DNA from: Gemmatimonadales bacterium | GTDB lineage: Bacteria; Gemmatimonadota; Gemmatimonadetes; Gemmatimonadales; GWC2-71-9 | Direction of reading: 5' to 3' | Length of the DNA: 39,930 nt | Assembly: GCA_025929805.1 (NCBI GenBank) | Contig: JAICPP010000001.1 | Location: 1 to 39,930 of the forward strand | Part shown: positions 20,356-28,036 of the stretch, one piece after another | How positions within the stretch are numbered: position 1 is the stretch's first letter | How the letters are laid out: the number at the start of each line of letters is the position of its first letter | Made by a program: the position numbers and the translations under genes | Notes under the pieces: model-generated | Told to the model about the DNA's origin: nothing | The model's input: only the letters and a program-made list of their open reading frames with translations | Database searches by the model: none

Positions 20356-21601
20356 ATCGGGTTGAGAATAATGCGCCGACGCCCTCGAGCAGTCGGTCGA
20401 CTTCCTCTTCCGTGGTGTAACAGGCACAGCCGGCCCGCACCAGCCCGTCACTCAGCCCTAAGCGCCTGACCACGGTGGCCGCGTAGAAGTCCCCGCTGGA
20501 GACGAATACACCTCGTTCTCCAAGGAAGCGCGCCACCGTGTCGGCCGGCTGGTTCCTCAGCGTAAAGGCTACAGTGGGTGTGCGTGGAAGGTCGGGCCCA
20601 GGTCCATACATCCTGACGCCCTCGATCCCCGCAAGGCCGCTCCACAATCTTCGTAGCAGCATCCGCCCCCGGGCGCCCAACTCGGTAAAGGTGCGAGCCA
20701 ACCGCGAGCGCCTGCTGTCTCCCTCGCTCAGTGAGGCCAGGAAGTCGACCGCTGCCGCCGCTCCCACGATTCCTTCGTGGTTCAGCGTCCCCGTCTCCAG
20801 TCGCTCGGGGACGGTGTCGGGTGCAGGTGCAAGCTTGGGGACATCGAGGCGTTGCATGACCTCGTGCTTCCCGTAGAGGACGCCGACATGTGGTCCATAG
20901 AATTTGTACGCGGAACAGGCAAGGAAATCGCAACCAATCTGATGAACATCGAGCAGCTCATGAGGAGCAAGATGCACGGCGTCCACGAACGTGAGGGTCC
21001 CTGCCGATCGAGCCAGCGCCGCAGCCCGGTTCACGTCATTGATGGTGCCGAGTGCATTGGACGCGCCGCCTACCGCCAGGAGGCGCGGGGCAGTGGAGAG
21101 AAGCTCCTGTAGCTGATCCCAATCCAACTGCCCGGTCTCGGGCACCATCCGCACGGTAGCGACGGAGACGCCACGCTCCCGTTCGAGGGCGCGCCAGGGT
21201 GCCACGTTCGCGTGGTGGTCCAACTCGGTGATCACCACCGTGTCGCCGGGTCCCCAGTCTCTGCCCAACGCTCGGGCCAGGTGGAAGGTCAGCGTGGTCA
21301 TGTTGGCGCCGAACACGATCTCCGCTGCCGAGCAGCCGAGCAGATCAGCCAACGCCTGCCGTGCCGCCGCGATGAGCGCATCGGTCTCCGCGCTGGTGGG
21401 ATAAGGCCAATGGGTGTTGGAGTTGTGATGGTAGAGGTAATCTTCTATGGCGGAGACAACTGAACGCGGGACTTGCGTTCCTCCGGGACCATCGAAATAG
21501 GCAACCGATTCCCCGCCCTGCCGACGTCCCAGCGCAGGGAACGCGGAGCGGATCGTGCCGACCGGCTGGGTAGTTGCCTGCTGGTGGGTTGCAACGCTCA
21601 T
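20330..21601 (-). CDS. Class-V PLP-dependent aminotransferase, cysteine desulfurase-like
   Basis: 423 aa with HHANVAPW and the PLP-lysine context CSAYKFYGPHVGVLYG. Confidence 0.75.
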   Translation of the reverse strand: MSVATHQQATTQPVGTIRSAFPALGRRQGGESVAYFDGPGGTQVPRSVVSAIEDYLYHHNSNTHWPYPTSAETDALIAAARQALADLLGCSAAEIVFGANMTTLTFHLARALGRDWGPGDTVVITELDHHANVAPWRALERERGVSVATVRMVPETGQLDWDQLQELLSTAPRLLAVGGASNALGTINDVNRAAALARSAGTLTFVDAVHLAPHELLDVHQIGCDFLACSAYKFYGPHVGVLYGKHEVMQRLDVPKLAPAPDTVPERLETGTLNHEGIVGAAAAVDFLASLSEGDSRRSRLARTFTELGARGRMLLRRLWSGLAGIEGVRMYGPGPDLPRTPTVAFTLRNQPADTVARFLGERGVFVSSGDFYAATVVRRLGLSDGLVRAGCACYTTEEEVDRLLEGVGALFSTRSMHPPLES

Positions 21602-21814
21602 GACGCGGGCCCTTGGAGGTTTAGGAAGCAGCTTAAGTACTTATGCTAACATCTTAGTTGACAAGGTATTACAGCAGATCGCTCAACCTCTATCTCTAAC
21701 GCTAGGTCATCGGGGTTCGCTGCTGGCGGTTCGGCTCGGTTGGCCATACTTTCTGCTGTCGGCCACTTCGACGTTGACCTCACTGGATTTCCCATTCCTA
21801 ACCCGGAGCTCTCG

Positions 21815-23299
21815 ATGCTGTCATGTCTCAGGCAAAGCCTTGCCTGGAAACTTGGCAGATTATGCGCGCTGCTCATCACGCTGAGCGCGTGTGGCGGTGG
21901 CGGCAGCGAACCCAGTGTTCCCGCCAACATCGCTCTAAATTCCACCTCGTTATCGTTCACGGCCGTCGGAGAGACGCAACAGCTCTTTGCTACAGTAACT
22001 GATCGGAACGGTAATCGGGTAGACGCTACGGTGACCTGGTCGAGCAGCAACCCCGAAATAGCGAGCGTCACATCCGCAGGCCTGGTCACGTCTCAAGCCA
22101 GTGGCTCAACGGAGGTGACGGCGACCGCGGGCTCGGCTTCCTCCACCGCCCAGGTTGCCGTCACGCAGACGCCAGCGCAACTCCAGAGACTTTCGGGTGA
22201 AGGCGGAACCGCAGTTGCAGGACAGTCGGTGACTCCTCCCCCCGCCGTGCTGGTCCAAGACGCCAATAACCACCCCGTCGCCGGGGTGCCAGTGACATTC
22301 GCAGTGCTCTCCGGGAATGGAAGGGTTACCGGGGAGATTGCGGTGACGGATAACAGTGGGATCGCGCAAGTCGGTAGCTGGCAGCTGGGCAGCAAGGGGT
22401 CGAATACCCTCAGTGCGACAGCTGCGGGCTCGGGCATCACGGGCAACCCGGCAACCTTTACTGCAACCGGCACGAGCTCCTTCAATATCGTGGTGCAATT
22501 CGTCGGCACTGCCACCCAGAGTCAGCGCGCAGCTTTTGCTGAGGCGCAGAATCGTTGGGAAAGTCTCATTGTGGGAGACCTGACCGATGTAGCACTGAAT
22601 GTGGCTGCGGATGAATGTGCCCCGGGCTTGCCTGCGGTGAATCAGATGATCGACGACCTCCTGATCCTGGTCAGCGTGGAGCCGATCGACGGCCCCGGCG
22701 AGGTGCTGGGGTCAGCCGGGCCCTGCTTCGTTCGAACATCCAACGATCTGACGGTGCTCGGCGGCATGACCCTCGATACTGACGACCTGGAGGCTATCGA
22801 GGCCGAAGGCCTGCTCACGCCTGTGATCATCCACGAGATGGGCCACGTCATTGGATTCGGCAGCTTGTGGGGATTCCAGGGCCTCCTGGCAGATGCATCC
22901 CTCCCTCCCAATAATGGCACGGACCCGCATTTTACCGGAGCTGAGGCTATTGCGGCGTTTAACGAAATCGGGGGCGCGAGCTACGGCGGCAATAAAGTTC
23001 CGGTCGAAAATAGCGGAGGCGAAGGTCTTGCCGACGGGCACTGGCGAGAGTCCGTCTTCACCAGCGAGCTCATGACGGGTCTCATAGGTGCGGCGCAGAA
23101 CCCCTTGAGTGTGGTGTCGGTGGCATCATTTGCCGACCAAGGGTACACCGTCAATCGAATTGGCGCCGACCCATTCAGTCTGTCGCTGGCGCTTCGTGCC
23201 ACGATCGGCCGGCCCCAGCGCGAGCTGAGGAACGACCTTCTGCGGGTGCCGATTCGACGGGTGGACGGCGCTGGACGAGTGGTTCGGCAGAGCAAGTGA
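21815..23299 (+). CDS. Lipoprotein with Big_2 / Ig-like domains and a leishmanolysin-like (M8) zinc metalloprotease domain
   Basis: Lipobox LITLSAC at the N-terminus when started at ATG 21815 (GGAG SD). Big_2-like segment LSFTAVGETQQLFATVTDRNGNRVDATVTWSSSNPEIASV. VIIHEMGHVIGFGSLW (HExxH) with downstream GHWRESVFTSELMTG. Confidence 0.75.
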   Translation: MLSCLRQSLAWKLGRLCALLITLSACGGGGSEPSVPANIALNSTSLSFTAVGETQQLFATVTDRNGNRVDATVTWSSSNPEIASVTSAGLVTSQASGSTEVTATAGSASSTAQVAVTQTPAQLQRLSGEGGTAVAGQSVTPPPAVLVQDANNHPVAGVPVTFAVLSGNGRVTGEIAVTDNSGIAQVGSWQLGSKGSNTLSATAAGSGITGNPATFTATGTSSFNIVVQFVGTATQSQRAAFAEAQNRWESLIVGDLTDVALNVAADECAPGLPAVNQMIDDLLILVSVEPIDGPGEVLGSAGPCFVRTSNDLTVLGGMTLDTDDLEAIEAEGLLTPVIIHEMGHVIGFGSLWGFQGLLADASLPPNNGTDPHFTGAEAIAAFNEIGGASYGGNKVPVENSGGEGLADGHWRESVFTSELMTGLIGAAQNPLSVVSVASFADQGYTVNRIGADPFSLSLALRATIGRPQRELRNDLLRVPIRRVDGAGRVVRQSK

Positions 23300-23313
23300 C
23301 GTCTCGTCCTCAC

Positions 23314-23348
23314 AAAAAAACTGAGGGACACTCTGTAGTGTCCCTCAG
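23314..23348 (-). terminator. Rho-independent terminator of ssrA
   Basis: Minus strand has CUGAGGGACACU-ACAG-AGUGUCCCUCAG (perfect 12-bp stem, 23348-23321) followed by U7 (23320-23314), 6 nt after the tmRNA 3' end. Confidence 0.85.
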
Positions 23349-23354
23349 CGGCAA

Positions 23355-23715
23355 TGGAGGCGCAGGGAATCGAACCCTGGTCCGAGTAAGCTTCCAGAAC
23401 CACGTCTACGTGCATAGGCTCGACTTCTTGCCGTCACTTCGAAGCGGTGTCGAACCGACCTCCCCGAAGCCTACCTCCTGAAATCTCGCCGGACGCGCCG
23501 GAGTGACCCGCTCGGCCAGCCTGGATTTTCGATTCGACGCGCGGCGCCCCAGGCGGGCTCCAGCGGCCGAAGGAGCATAAGCGAGCTTAGCTCAGCTTAC
23601 GCAGCCAGTGCCATTTCAGTGTTGGCAGTTGAATCATTCCAGACAGTTTAACCAGGAACCTGGACCTGGGCACGCTGCGATTCCTTCATCAAACCCGTCG
23701 AAGCCAGTCGCCCCC
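23355..23715 (-). ncRNA. ssrA: Transfer-messenger RNA (tmRNA)
   Basis: 5' GGGGGCGACUGGCUUCGACGGG and 3' GGACCAGGGUUCGAUUCCCUGCGCCUCCA form an acceptor stem with a G3:U pair plus a T-arm (TTCGATT loop). CCA is not encoded. The internal tag frame GCC AAC ACU GAA AUG GCA CUG GCU GCG UAA (23626-23597) encodes ANTEMALAA. Confidence 0.93.
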
Positions 23716-23729
23716 GGGTGGTAGAAAGA

Positions 23730-23858
23730 TAGGCGGTACGGCGGTACGGCGGTAGGGCGGTAAGTTGATAGATTCTCCGTGTCGGCATGAACTAAGTCCA
23801 TATCACTGATTGACTTAATACTTTATTATCCGGTACCACCGTACCGCCATACCGCCTA
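23730..23858. repeat. 25-nt inverted repeat built from tandem 8-mers (GGCGGTAC type) flanking a 79-nt AT-rich spacer
   Basis: Left arm TAGGCGGTACGGCGGTACGGCGGTA (23730-23754). The reverse complement of 23834-23858 is TAGGCGGTATGGCGGTACGGTGGTA, 23/25 identical. The right arm begins at the stop codon of the GGDEF gene. The element lies 15 nt upstream of the tmRNA 5' end. Confidence 0.8.
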
Positions 23859-25262
23859 CCTCCCCGCTCTCTCCACCCGGTTCCTTCCGCCCCGCTTGGC
23901 CAGGTACAAAGCGGAATCCGCCTGAGCCGGCAGGTTGTCCAGGCTGCGGCTGGTCTCCGGGCATGCGGCCACCCCGAAGGACGCGCTCAGGGGCCAAGGG
24001 CGGCCCTGCCAATCCCAGGGAGTAGTGGCGAGCTTGAGCCGGATGCGCTCGGCGATCCTGGCACCCAGCTCGAGTCCGGTCTCCGGCAGCCAAACGGCGA
24101 ACTCCTCCCCACCGATTCGTCCGGCTACATCACCGGTTCGAATCTGCTCTCGAATGATCCGGGCAAAGTGAACCAGCGCCGCGTCTCCCGCGGGATGACC
24201 CAGCGTGTCGTTCAAGTTCTTGAATCGATCCAGGTCGGAGTACACCAGGGCTCCCTCCCGCGCCGTGATCAGCGTAAAAGCCTCCTCGAAGCCGCGCCGG
24301 TTATGGAGTCCGGTGAGGGGATCGATCGACGCCGCCCGCTTGTGCCGGTCGGCCTCGAGTGCCCGATCGATTCGGGGAGCTGCGTTGTAGATCGCCTCCA
24401 TCATCTCGGCACGAGTCGAGCCGGAGGGCTCTCGACCGGTTGCGAGCCAGATGGCAACCGCTCCAACCGACTTCAGGTCCTTCTTGAGGGGCAGCAGGAG
24501 AACCGAGCCGCCGCGGTGGCGCCGGTCGGCGACGACTCCACCCAACGGGTCGGTCGACGATACATGGGATTCGGAGGTACCCAGAGCCACTCGCGCGAGC
24601 TCGCTGTGGAGTGGGAGCAGACTGTCGAGCAACCGGCGGTCACCCCGACCCGATACTCCGATGACTCGGACGTTTCCGTTCTCCACGGCTGCCACGACCA
24701 CTTGTGCATCGAGACTGCGTTCCAGCTGATAGGCGAGTCGCAGACCAACACTACCCACCGACTCGAGCGAGGCCTCCTGGGAATGCGCCTGAGTGAGTGC
24801 CACGAAATGAGGGCGGCGACGAACGCCTTCCAGGAGCCGGCGCAGATCGTCCTCAACGGTGCCCAGGCCGCCAGCCTCGAATTTCTCCGGCAGTAGGAGC
24901 CCCACGGCCGCCCCGGCCTGCGAGTGGAACACCAGCATACCGCCGTCCATTCGTTCCGCCCCGCTCTGCTCCTGGTCTCGCGCCCGTTCGAGCCTTCGGT
25001 CTACCGCCACGATTTGGGAGATGGAGAGCCGTTCGGGCTCGAGGATCCGCTCGGCCCGAGGTCCCTCCTCGCCGGGATTGAGCTCAGAGACCCATACGCC
25101 AATGGCTCGGTGCGCCCGCCTCAGCCACTCGAGTGCAGGGTCGGGGAGGAGATGAGGTGCCACGCCGGAGTTGAGCGGGTGCCGCGCGCGCCTGCGCCCC
25201 ACCACCCATCCTAGCACGCCGGCCCCGATCACCAGGAACAGCAAGGCCAGCGGCTCTCTCAT
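23856..25262 (-). CDS. Membrane-anchored diguanylate cyclase (GGDEF) with a large N-terminal sensory region
   Basis: C-terminal DPLTGLHNRRGFEEAF, DLDRFKNLNDTLGHPAGD and RIGGEEF active site, with an RxxD I-site (RTGD) 5 residues upstream. One N-terminal TM helix. Start set at ATG 25262 (MREPLALLFLVIG), which overlaps the corA TGA (ATGA). Confidence 0.88.
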   Translation of the reverse strand: MREPLALLFLVIGAGVLGWVVGRRRARHPLNSGVAPHLLPDPALEWLRRAHRAIGVWVSELNPGEEGPRAERILEPERLSISQIVAVDRRLERARDQEQSGAERMDGGMLVFHSQAGAAVGLLLPEKFEAGGLGTVEDDLRRLLEGVRRRPHFVALTQAHSQEASLESVGSVGLRLAYQLERSLDAQVVVAAVENGNVRVIGVSGRGDRRLLDSLLPLHSELARVALGTSESHVSSTDPLGGVVADRRHRGGSVLLLPLKKDLKSVGAVAIWLATGREPSGSTRAEMMEAIYNAAPRIDRALEADRHKRAASIDPLTGLHNRRGFEEAFTLITAREGALVYSDLDRFKNLNDTLGHPAGDAALVHFARIIREQIRTGDVAGRIGGEEFAVWLPETGLELGARIAERIRLKLATTPWDWQGRPWPLSASFGVAACPETSRSLDNLPAQADSALYLAKRGGRNRVERAGR

Positions 25263-26197
25263 CCTCGAAGCCATCCTCGACTGCGGAACCAGAGATAAAT
25301 CGCCAGGGTCACGCCCCCCATGACCGCCCACACGGCTGGATATCCCCAGCGTTCCCGAAGCTCTGGCATGTACTCGAAGTTCATGCCATAAACCCCCACG
25401 ATGAAGGTGAGGGGGAGGAAAAAGACCGAAAAGACGGTCAGGATTCGCACGACCTCATTGGTCCGGTGAGACGCGAGGGCCAACTGGATGCTGAGCAAAT
25501 TGTTCACGTCGTCCACCAGTTCATCAGCGTAGTAGTGCATGCTCTGCGCATTCTCCCGCAGGTCCTGGTACAGAGGAGCCGTGGGCTCGGAGGCGGGGAC
25601 CAGCCGCTGCACCGCGTCGAGCGTATGGGAAAGCATGCGCCGCATCTGGGTGACTCGGCGTTTCTCCAGGTAGATGCGCCGGAGCAGGTCGGTCAGCTCG
25701 TGCTCACCAAAGACGGTAGACTCGAAGGCGTCGATGGCCGTCTCCGCCGCGCCAAGAGGCTCCTCATACGTGTCGATGGCACCATTGATGAGATCGATCA
25801 AGAGGCGCGGAAGGAGGCCCTTGCGACGGTCAGCAGCCCCATTGGGCGGAGAGGCCGTCCGGTATGTCTCCATGAGTTTGGTGAGAAATGGCTGTTCGGC
25901 TCGATGGATGGTGATCAGGAACTCAGGACCGTAAAAGATGGCCACCTTCCGGGTCATCTCATGAACCGAAGAGCAATCATCCCGCGCCGCGGTGTCCATG
26001 GCTCGCACGATGATGAATGTGGTCGACCCGATCCGCTCATACTTGGGCAGATGCTCCGGCTCGAGCGAGTCCTCCACCGACATGGGGTGCAGCCCGTACT
26101 GGCGGGCAACCCGCGCCAGTTCCTCGGTGGTGGGCTGCACCACATCTACCCAGGTGAACGGCGGGTCGTCGCTGCTAAGAACGCGCTGGACGGTCAT
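25259..26197 (-). CDS. corA: CorA-family divalent cation transporter
   Basis: 312 aa. C-terminal two TM helices with YGMNFEYMPE (GMN motif). Confidence 0.9.
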   Translation of the reverse strand: MTVQRVLSSDDPPFTWVDVVQPTTEELARVARQYGLHPMSVEDSLEPEHLPKYERIGSTTFIIVRAMDTAARDDCSSVHEMTRKVAIFYGPEFLITIHRAEQPFLTKLMETYRTASPPNGAADRRKGLLPRLLIDLINGAIDTYEEPLGAAETAIDAFESTVFGEHELTDLLRRIYLEKRRVTQMRRMLSHTLDAVQRLVPASEPTAPLYQDLRENAQSMHYYADELVDDVNNLLSIQLALASHRTNEVVRILTVFSVFFLPLTFIVGVYGMNFEYMPELRERWGYPAVWAVMGGVTLAIYLWFRSRGWLRG

Positions 26198-26949
26198 GAG
26201 CGGCAGATCCGGCTGGCGGCCGCCGCCGCCCCAAAGCCGTTGTCTATATTGACCACCGTGACCCCCGCCGCGCAGGTGTTGAGCATGCCAAGCAAGGCTG
26301 CCAGCCCTCCGAATGAGGCTCCATATCCCACACTGGTCGGCACCGCGATGACTGGAGCGGCCACCAGTCCTCCGACCACGCTGGGGAGAGCTCCCTCCAT
26401 GCCGGCCACCACGATCACGACCCGGGCCTGCCGGAGCTGATGATTGGCGGCGAGCAGCCGGTGCAGCCCAGCTACCCCTACATCGACCAAACGCTCGACC
26501 GGGTGGCCGAAGACTTCCGCCACGACCGCCGCCTCCTCGGCCACGGGCAAGTCGCTGGTGCCGGCAGAGACGACCAGAATGGTGTCAGGTGGAGCGGGGC
26601 GTCGCGATCCATCCATCGCCGGTAGGTGCACCGTGCGGGCAAGCTGGTTCCAGACCAGCCGTGGGAAGCGGGCTTGAAGCCGGTCGGCCACTGGCTCGCT
26701 CGCACGGGTTCCCAGGAATGAGCCCGAGGCTGCCTCCAGCCGTTCACAGATAGCGAGGACCTGTTCGGGAGTCTTGCCCTCACAAAACACCACCTCAGGG
26801 TATCCCTGACGCAGGTCCCGGTGGTGATCGATCCGAGCGAACGAAATGTCTTCGAAAGGAAGGAGCCGAAGTCTCTCGAGTGCCGCCTGGGGAGAAGTGC
26901 GGCCCGCGGCTACTTCGGCCAGGAGGGCTTGGAGCTGCTCGGCGGTCAC
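26194..26949 (-). CDS. larB: LarB-like / PurE-related carboxylase (COG1691-type)
   Basis: IDHHRDLRQGYPEVVFCEGKTPEQV N-domain followed by a PurE-like fold: ILVVSAGTSDLPVAEEA...VIVVAGMEGALPSVVGGLVAAPVIAVPTSVGYG. Start moved from 27273 to the GTG at 26949, which overlaps the dus TGA (GTGA). Confidence 0.7.
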   Translation of the reverse strand: MTAEQLQALLAEVAAGRTSPQAALERLRLLPFEDISFARIDHHRDLRQGYPEVVFCEGKTPEQVLAICERLEAASGSFLGTRASEPVADRLQARFPRLVWNQLARTVHLPAMDGSRRPAPPDTILVVSAGTSDLPVAEEAAVVAEVFGHPVERLVDVGVAGLHRLLAANHQLRQARVVIVVAGMEGALPSVVGGLVAAPVIAVPTSVGYGASFGGLAALLGMLNTCAAGVTVVNIDNGFGAAAAASRICRS

Positions 26950-27929
26950 GCCACCTGGGCGATCGGCTCGAGATATTCGAGGAAGATAGCCTCCGCTTCC
27001 CCGATGGATTCGATCTGAAAGAGCCGCTGGCGCAGCGCACTGGATCCGTGCAGTCCCCGGGTATACCACCCCAGGTGCTTGCGAAATTCCAGGACCGTGC
27101 GCCGGGCATCTCCCTGGAGCCGGATGGCAAGGCGGGCGTGCTCCAGCGCCACCGAGAAGCGCTCCCGAGCCGACGGTGGTGCTGGGGCCGGGTGGCCGGC
27201 AAGCAGCGCCTGTGCGTCTCGGAAGAGCCAGGGATTCCCGAAGACACCCCTGCCAATCATTACTCCGGCGCACCGGGTGTGCTCCCGCATGCGGACGATA
27301 TCAGCCGCGGCCTCGACATCGCCGTTGCCGATCACCGGGATGTCCAGAGCTTCCACCACCCGCGCGATCTCGTCCCAGTCTGCCTTGCCAGAGAACATCT
27401 GAGTGCGAGTCCGAGCGTGGAGCGTGAACGCCCGGGCGCCGGCGTCCTGCATTCGAAGGGCTATAGCAACTGGATCCCGGGTCTGGTCGTTCCAGCCGCT
27501 CCGGGTCTTGACGGTTACCGGGAGATGGGTCGCTCCAACAACCGAGCGGATGATCTGCGCCACGAGATCCAGATCTCGCAGGCAACCGGAGCCGCCGTTC
27601 CGCTGTACCACTTTCTTTACCGGACAGCCGAAGTTGATGTCGATGAACTCGGGCGAGTAATGCTCCGTGATCAGGGCCGCCGCCTCGGCCATGGCATTCG
27701 GGTCGGAGCCATAGATCTGGATGCCAATGGGACGCTCTACCGGCTCGAACTCCGCCCCTTCCAGGGTGGTGCGAATACGGCGCCGAATGGCCTCCGAGGA
27801 GAGGAACTCCGACAGCACGACGTCCGCCCCCATCCGCCGGCAGATCTGGCGGAAGGGCGCTTCCGACACCCCAGCCATAGGAGCCAGAACGAGTGGAAAC
27901 GAATGCGCGCAAGGATAGGGCAACTGCAT
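26946..27929 (-). CDS. dusB: tRNA-dihydrouridine synthase
   Basis: LAPMAGVSEAPFRQICRRMGADVV and INFGCPVKKVVQRNGGSG motifs. 327 aa. Confidence 0.88.
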   Translation of the reverse strand: MQLPYPCAHSFPLVLAPMAGVSEAPFRQICRRMGADVVLSEFLSSEAIRRRIRTTLEGAEFEPVERPIGIQIYGSDPNAMAEAAALITEHYSPEFIDINFGCPVKKVVQRNGGSGCLRDLDLVAQIIRSVVGATHLPVTVKTRSGWNDQTRDPVAIALRMQDAGARAFTLHARTRTQMFSGKADWDEIARVVEALDIPVIGNGDVEAAADIVRMREHTRCAGVMIGRGVFGNPWLFRDAQALLAGHPAPAPPSARERFSVALEHARLAIRLQGDARRTVLEFRKHLGWYTRGLHGSSALRQRLFQIESIGEAEAIFLEYLEPIAQVA

Positions 27930-27935
27930 GGCGAG

Positions 27936-27964
27936 AAAATACTTGGCTGCAAGAGCGCGAGCAA
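27936..27964 (-). promoter_or_regulatory. Candidate dus-operon promoter (-35 TTGCTC, 17 nt, -10 TATTTT), 6 nt from the ATG (leaderless geometry)
   Basis: Minus strand reads TTGCTC (27964-27959), a 17-nt spacer, TATTTT (27941-27936), ctcgcc, then ATG at 27929. Confidence 0.4.
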
Positions 27965-27999
27965 TGGAAGAACGCCGGGCAGGATGCCCCTTTGCATCT

Positions 28000-28028
28000 T
28001 TGACACCCCTTCGAGCGTGGATTAGGTT
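28000..28028 (+). promoter_or_regulatory. Candidate ptsN promoter (-35 TTGACA, 17 nt, -10 TAGGTT), 8 nt from the ATG (leaderless geometry)
   Basis: TTGACA 28000-28005, TAGGTT 28023-28028, ATG 28037. No SD in between. Confidence 0.4.
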
Positions 28029-28036
28029 GCCCGGCC

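Noticed and set aside
21614-21630. TTGGAGGTTTAGGAAGC as a possible degenerate att repeat of the ssrA 3' end (TGGAGGCGCAGGGAATC)
   Set aside because: Only about 10/17 positions match, which is indistinguishable from chance without statistics. It cannot support an island boundary on its own.
23831-23845. GGTGGTACCGG (reverse complement) resembling the T-box consensus GGUGGUACCGCG
   Set aside because: It is simply one unit of the octamer repeat. No specifier loop or antiterminator context is present, and no aminoacyl-tRNA synthetase gene lies downstream (the next gene is ssrA).
23730-23858. Possible CRISPR array or tandem-repeat locus (also considered for 33693-33716)
   Set aside because: The repeat units are only 8 nt, directly abutting with no spacers, and arranged as two inverted arms. 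There are no cas genes in the window. This is not CRISPR architecture.
26950-27273. N-terminal 108-aa extension of the larB-like ORF, with similar extensions at 8280-8393 (psd), 10101-10163 (purQ), 13440-13574 (purF), 17995-18126 (WYL), 21740-21814 (lipoprotein) and 25263-25331 (GGDEF)
   Set aside because: These are longest-ORF artefacts. The extensions overlap the upstream gene and are low-complexity. Each is replaced by an in-frame start that overlaps or directly abuts the upstream stop, or that gives the canonical N-terminus (for example MCGIIGV for PurF), or that is preceded by an SD.
27982-27996. Sigma54-like element GGatgcccctTTGCA with correct GG-N10-GC spacing upstream of ptsN
   Set aside because: Only the GG and TTGCA positions match; the -24 element is AGGATG against the TGGCAC consensus. 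A full TTGACA-17-TAGGTT sigma70-like promoter lies immediately downstream and explains ptsN expression more simply. It is kept only as a remote alternative.
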